DNA of 52,010 nucleotides. It comes from Rickettsiales bacterium. GTDB lineage: Bacteria > Pseudomonadota > Alphaproteobacteria > Methylaequorales > Methylaequoraceae. A program made the position numbers and the translations under genes. Under the pieces are notes generated by a model that had not been told where the DNA came from, did no database searches, and saw only the letters and a list, made by a program, of their open reading frames with translations. Shown here piece by piece: positions 48,237 to 52,010 of this stretch (position 1 is the first letter of the stretch; each line of letters opens with the position of its first letter). Where the stretch lies: assembly GCA_028407765.1 (NCBI GenBank), contig JAOOJU010000002.1, positions 1 through 52,010 of the forward strand, read 5' to 3'.

Positions 48237-49494
48237 TTAATTATAAGATTTAAGAAACTCTATGGAAAATTTCGAACCTTTTCTTAATTCTGAGTCAATA
48301 AAAAACTTTGCTCTGTGTCTATTTAAAATATGTTTTACAATCGAAAGACCAAGACCAGTATTACCAAAATCCCTAGACCTTGTTTGATCCACTCTGAAAA
48401 AACGATTGGTGAGCATTGGTATATCTTCTGATTTTATTCCTTGACCAAAATCTTGAAAAATAACTGTCACCGAATCGCTATCTTCTCTTAATCTAATCTC
48501 AAGACCTCTTTTTGATTTTCCATACTTTAAACAATTATCCATAATATTTATGAAGACTTGCTTTAGTTCATTAAAATCTCCAGGAATTTTAATGGATTTT
48601 TTTTTTACTAAAAAATTTAATCATTTTCTTATTAATTTTGTGAGATGATAGAGAAACTTGAATAGCATCATTCGTTAGTTCATTTAATTCAACTACTGTC
48701 TCAGGGGGGGTATGCTCTATCCTTTCAATTCTTGTTAATGAAAGTAAGTCGCTTACTAGTGAACTAATTCTTGATGCTTCTGTATTAAGAGTTTTTAAAA
48801 ATTTTTCTCTAATAGTTTTGTCATTTTTCCCGACCCCCAGAAGAGTTTCACAATAACCAACAATTGCTGCCACAGGTGTTTTTAATTCATGACTAACATT
48901 TGCAACAAACTCTGTCTGAAGATCTTGAATTTTTTTTTCAGAGGTTGCATCATAAAGTCTTATAAAATTTAAACTTGTATCTCCTAAAAAACTCGAACCA
49001 GACACCCAAACATTGTAAACAGTTTCAACGGGATACATTAATCTTAAAATTGCTTTTTGAGATTTTCTTGTTTTTACAGATTCTTCAATGATTTCTCCTA
49101 AACCAGGGATTCTAAGAATGGAATTAATATTTTTTGTTCGCGCATCTTTTCCGACTAAATCAATTGCTTTAGCATTAAGCTCTACTATTTGATTAATTTC
49201 GTCGACTATAAAAAGTGGATCGGGAAAAGATTTAAAAAATTTATCATAGAAAAGTATCTGTAGTCTTTTTAAATTAAGCTTTTCTTGGTAATTTTTTACA
49301 TGCGTATTAATATTATAGATTAACGGTTCGAACTGATGAAAGAAGAAATAATCTTTAGCAGATAATTGATCTTTAGACATTTTTTTTATGTCACGGTTTA
49401 TTCTTTTAAAATCAATAAGAAATTTAATAACAATAATGACGGATATTAAAAGAATGAAAAAAATTACATAAATAATCTCTTTATGAATATACAT
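48237..49494 (-). pseudogene. phoR: phosphate regulon sensor histidine kinase PhoR, split by a +1 frameshift in a T10 run
   Basis: The 48589-49494 ORF has TM, PAS-like and HisKA regions (ANVSHELKTP). The 48237-48542 ORF is the HATPase_c domain (N-box ..INIMDNCLKYG.., G-boxes DFGQGI and GLGLSIV). They join at 48597-48606. Confidence 0.85.
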
Positions 49495-49542
49495 GAAAAT
49501 GTTTAAATATTATTCTAAATCTATGACTAGTAAACTATAAAA

Positions 49543-52010
49543 ATGCAACTTAAACAACAAAGCCTTATTGATTTTTCAAAAAATAAAGAAAGTAAGAAAA
49601 TTAATAAAGTAACCCCAATGATGTCACAGTACCTAGAGGTAAAGGAAAGGCACAAAGAATATCTTTTATTTTACAGAATGGGAGATTTTTATGAACTTTT
49701 TTTTGATGATGCAAAAGTTGCTGCAAAAAATTTAGGAATTGCTCTAACTAAAAGAGGAAAACTCAATGAAATTGATATTCCAATGTGTGGAGTTCCCTAC
49801 CATTCTGTTCAAAATTATCTTTCACGATTAATTAAACTTGGTTTTAAAATAGCAATAGCTGAACAGTTAGATAGTTTGCCAGATGAAAAGGGTAAATCAA
49901 AGAAAACTCCAAAAATATTTAGGCGAGATGTTGTTAGAATTATTACACCTGGAACAATTCTAGAAGAATCATTATTAGATGAAAAAAAATATAATTTTCT
50001 CACAAGTATTTTCTTAGATAGAGGAAAAGGTTCTATTGCTTGGATCGATATGACTACAGGCCTGTTTAATGTGAAAAAATTAGATGAGCAATTTATTGAA
50101 AGAGATTTAAACGAACTAATTTATAAAATTGATCCCGGCGAAATTATTACTACAGAGAACATTTTCAATAATATTGTATTCAAGGATTATTTTAAAGTTT
50201 GGGAAAATAAAACAACTATAGTTCCATTTACTTATTTTGATGAAAAAAATAATAACGAAAAAATAAAAAATTTTTTTAATATAAGAACTCTTAAATCACT
50301 GGGTGAAATAGATTCATTTGGAATAAGTGCGTCAGGAGCTTTAATTGAGTATTTAAATTTAACTCAGAAAGATAATATTCCGACTGTTTCAAATTTAAAT
50401 ATTATTAGGGATAATGAGTTTTTAGAAGTTGATAAAATATCATCTCAGAGCCTTGAAATATTTTCAAAGATTAATGGAGAGAGAGAAGGAAGCCTGATTG
50501 ATGTAGTTGATTGTACAGTAACCGCTGCTGGTTCAAGAATGTTAAAGGAGCATTTAAAAAACCCTTTAATGAATGAGAAGAAAATTAACAAAAGACTTGA
50601 TTATGTTGAACAACTCATCAATGAAAAAGGAATTACAAATAAAATACAGTCTACTCTTCATGGTTTGCCTGATGTTGAAAGAGCATTGTCAAGAATTAGT
50701 GCCAGGATAAGAAACCCAAGAGATATGATCATTGTTTCCAATTTTATTAATAAAAGCCTTGAAATTTATTCTGTGATCAGGAATCTGAATATTGAAATTT
50801 TAAATGAATTGATTGTTTCAACAACAATTATAAATAAATTAAAAATATTAGAAGAGCAAATAAGTATAACACTTAATCCAACTCCACCAATTTCTTTTAT
50901 TGATGGTGGTATAATTAATGCGAAAGTTTCTAAAGACCTTGATAATTACAGAGATATAAAAAATCTAAACAAAAAAAATATTATTAATTTACAACTAACT
51001 TATTCAAAAATAACAGGTCTCAATAATCTCAAAATAAAGTACAATAATTTTCATGGTTATTTTGTTGAGATAAACAACAAGCATTCTCATAAGTTGACTG
51101 ACTGTGATGAAACTAAGTTCTATTTGATTCAGAATACACTTCATTCGGCGCGTTTTCAGACAGATGATCTGAAGAATACCTCAATTGAAATAGATCAGGC
51201 TGAAGTAAAAGCAATTGAGCTTGAGAAAATAATATATGATGATTTGTGTTCTTCGGCCTTAAAAAGCTTTTCTATTTTGAGTAATGTAAGTGAGTCAGTA
51301 TCTTTCATTGATGTTATGAGCAGTTATGCTTATTTATCTGAAAAAAAAAATTATACAAGACCAACTTTTTCCAAAGATAGAAAACTTGAGATTATTGGTG
51401 GTAGACATCCAGTAGTTGAAAAAAGTTTATTTAAATCTGGTGAACAATTTATCCCTAATGATTGTTATCTTGATGAACAATCTCAAACCTGGTTGATGAC
51501 CGGTCCTAATATGGCAGGGAAAAGTACCTTTTTAAGGCAAACAGCAATTATTGCTATTATGAGCCAAATTGGGTGTTTTGTCCCTGCAAAGAAAGTAAAT
51601 CTAAAAATTTTCGATAAAATTTATACTAGAGTGGGAGCATCAGATGATTTATCAAGAGGATTATCAACTTTTATGACAGAGATGGTTGAAACTGCAAGAA
51701 TCTTAAATGGTGCAACTGAGAGTTCTCTTATAATTCTAGATGAGCTTGGTAGAGGCACTTCAAACAGCGATGGACTTTCTCTAGCATGGTCAATATTAGA
51801 GTTTATAATAACTAATATAAATTGCATAACTTTTTTTGCCACGCATTATAAAGAGCTTGCAGAAATAAAAAATAATTTTGCTAATGTTTGTTTAAAAACA
51901 ATGAAAACAAAAGAATCAAATGGTGAAATTATTTTTATGTATAAAGTTATAGAAGGCGTTTCAAAAAGTTCTTTTGGTCTTCATGTTGCTAAATTAGCTG
52001 GAATAAAATC
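49543..52010 (+). CDS. mutS: DNA mismatch repair protein MutS (5' partial; continues beyond the window)
   Basis: Translated by hand: ..TPMMSQYLEVKERHKEYLLFYRMGDFYELFFDDA.., Walker A MTGPNMAGKSTFLRQ (51496-), ..LDELGRGTS... Frame is consistent at 49618, 51496 and 51961. It is absent from the ORF track because there is no stop codon before the window end. Confidence 0.93.
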   Translation, partial: MQLKQQSLIDFSKNKESKKINKVTPMMSQYLEVKERHKEYLLFYRMGDFYELFFDDAKVAAKNLGIALTKRGKLNEIDIPMCGVPYHSVQNYLSRLIKLGFKIAIAEQLDSLPDEKGKSKKTPKIFRRDVVRIITPGTILEESLLDEKKYNFLTSIFLDRGKGSIAWIDMTTGLFNVKKLDEQFIERDLNELIYKIDPGEIITTENIFNNIVFKDYFKVWENKTTIVPFTYFDEKNNNEKIKNFFNIRTLKSLGEIDSFGISASGALIEYLNLTQKDNIPTVSNLNIIRDNEFLEVDKISSQSLEIFSKINGEREGSLIDVVDCTVTAAGSRMLKEHLKNPLMNEKKINKRLDYVEQLINEKGITNKIQSTLHGLPDVERALSRISARIRNPRDMIIVSNFINKSLEIYSVIRNLNIEILNELIVSTTIINKLKILEEQISITLNPTPPISFIDGGIINAKVSKDLDNYRDIKNLNKKNIINLQLTYSKITGLNNLKIKYNNFHGYFVEINNKHSHKLTDCDETKFYLIQNTLHSARFQTDDLKNTSIEIDQAEVKAIELEKIIYDDLCSSALKSFSILSNVSESVSFIDVMSSYAYLSEKKNYTRPTFSKDRKLEIIGGRHPVVEKSLFKSGEQFIPNDCYLDEQSQTWLMTGPNMAGKSTFLRQTAIIAIMSQIGCFVPAKKVNLKIFDKIYTRVGASDDLSRGLSTFMTEMVETARILNGATESSLIILDELGRGTSNSDGLSLAWSILEFIITNINCITFFATHYKELAEIKNNFANVCLKTMKTKESNGEIIFMYKVIEGVSKSSFGLHVAKLAGIK

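Noticed and set aside
365-51842. About 35 track ORFs of 60-155 aa lying antisense or out of frame inside strongly supported genes. Examples: 365-631, 2280-2495, 2658-2867, 4881-5099, 7197-7481, 8820-9131, 10869-11147, 14189-14656, 15764-16105, 16466-16834, 17221-17616, 19248-19538, 24028-24381, 28700-28999, 32358-32684, 32720-33037, 34788-35045, 41401-41697, 43038-43367, 46193-46426, 47522-47812, 49815-50003, 51621-51842.
   Set aside because: They have low-complexity, S/F/L/I-rich translations typical of shadow frames, and no recognisable families. Each is fully covered by a gene with clear motifs on the other strand or frame.
1-52010. Mobile elements, prophage, CRISPR arrays, toxin-antitoxin pairs or defence islands; tRNA and rRNA genes.
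   Set aside because: I recognised no integrase, transposase, Cas or phage-like ORFs and no direct-repeat arrays. No spacer is long and GC-rich enough to hold a tRNA. The gene content is core alphaproteobacterial housekeeping throughout.

Overview
Very AT-rich (by eye about 70% A+T) and extremely gene-dense: about 58 genes in 52 kb, most spacers under 50 nt, many 1-20 nt overlaps. The gene order is alphaproteobacterial core synteny. Composition and streamlining look like SAR11/Pelagibacterales, which is an inference because no search was possible.

Content is almost all housekeeping, in three blocks:
- Block 1: rpsT, rhodanese, dnaA, a dnaN stub.
- Block 2: fpg, ubiE, coaBC, dut, Rrf2-cysK-thiF-like, 2-hydroxyacid dehydrogenase, pnp-rpsO-truB-rbfA-infB-nusA, trmB, metK, lnt-corC-ybeY-phoH-miaB, olsA/olsB-like plus fur, tusA-like, rimI-tsaB, three cell-wall enzymes, nfu, usp, a TauE plus Alph_Pro_TM-like pair, trpS, murJ, glnD.
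- Block 3: a phoB stub, phoU-pstBACS, a Fae-like gene, dgkA, an OprO/P-like porin, phoR, and mutS running off the 3' end. mutS is missing from the ORF track only because it has no stop codon in the window.

I found no rRNA, tRNA, CRISPR, transposase, integrase, prophage or defence-island signature.

What stands out:
1. Two abrupt breakpoints where genes stop mid-domain: dnaN/fpg at about 2.9 kb and phoB/glnD at about 40.0 kb.
2. Nine reading-frame breaks, each a single extra base in an A/T homopolymer. They hit essential genes (infB, trpS), so sequencing or assembly artefact is the simplest explanation.
3. Textbook Pho boxes in front of pstS and the porin.
4. An orphan formaldehyde-activating-enzyme (Fae) homologue divergent from pstS, inside the Pho neighbourhood.
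5. A roughly 30-nt bipartite motif shared by the control regions of the two isolated plus-strand genes (tusA-like and Fae-like).
6. An 18-nt homopolymer inside the olsA-like coding region.

I do not see convincing evidence of a new multi-gene system. The Fae-like / Pho-box / shared-motif locus is the best candidate for unexplored biology.
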